Part shown: positions 5,909-6,084 of the stretch, piece by piece | How positions within the stretch are numbered: the stretch's first letter is position 1 | How the letters are laid out: every line of letters starts with the position of its first letter | Origin: a virus | Lineage: Duplodnaviria > Heunggongvirae > Uroviricota > Caudoviricetes | IMG/VR virus record: IMGVR_UViG_2703718769_000003 | Length of the DNA: 6,084 nucleotides | Reading direction: 5' to 3' (one strand) | Translations under genes and position numbers: made by a program | Notes under the pieces: model-generated | What the model saw: only the letters and a program-made list of their open reading frames with translations | The model's database searches: none | What the model was told of the DNA's origin: nothing

Positions 5909-6084
5909 TCACTCCCAGCGGACGACGGCGACGTCGGGTTGTCCCCAGTACACGCCCCGCTGATTGCGGGTTTTTGGCATGGTGATCACCGGCTTGCCAT
6001 AAACAGATGCACCTTTTACCGGCAGCACCCGGAAAACACCGTGTTTTTTTGACCTCTGATAAACGATTTCGCCATCGATCCCCC
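5909..6084 (-). CDS. 3' end of an upstream ORF in the position of lambda W (head-tail joining) or the C-terminus of the terminase large subunit; product unassigned
   Basis: Minus-strand frame is open for all 58 codons to the window edge (...GEIVYQRSKKHGVFRVLPVKGASVYGKPVITMPKTRNQRGVYWGQPDVAVVRWE*), ending at TGA 5909-5911 just 4 nt before the B start. It is missing from the ORF track, presumably because its start lies beyond the window. It does not resemble lambda gpW as I recall it. Confidence 0.4.
   Translation of the reverse strand, partial: GIDGEIVYQRSKKHGVFRVLPVKGASVYGKPVITMPKTRNQRGVYWGQPDVAVVRWE

Noticed and set aside
1-6084. Searched for CRISPR repeats, tRNA/rRNA-like segments, IS-element terminal inverted repeats or an embedded defence/cargo gene
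   Set aside because: None seen: the only repeats are the in-frame scaffold repeats, coding density is near 100% on one strand, and gene content and order are explained by a lambda-like head module.

Overview
The window is a compact, single-strand (all genes on the minus strand) head-morphogenesis and head-tail joining module of a lambda-like (lambdoid) phage or prophage. Reading in the direction of transcription (high to low coordinates) the order is: a partial upstream ORF in the lambda W position, portal (B), prohead protease/scaffold (C, with a nested in-frame Nu3-like scaffold), decoration protein (D), major capsid protein (E), FI, FII, Z, and the first 7 codons of U. Assignments rest on my recalled similarity to the phage lambda proteins plus lambda-identical gene order, sizes and junction overlaps; no database search was possible. 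I see no plus-strand gene, RNA gene, CRISPR array, mobile element or inserted cargo/defence gene: intergenic gaps are 57 nt or less, so I do not think this window hides a novel system. The features worth a second look are a triplicated ~150-nt repeat in the scaffold region of C, a strong Shine-Dalgarno inside C consistent with a Nu3-type internal start, an intrinsic-terminator-like hairpin between E and FI, a perfect 20-nt palindrome between D and E, and an upstream partial ORF that does not resemble lambda W as I recall it.
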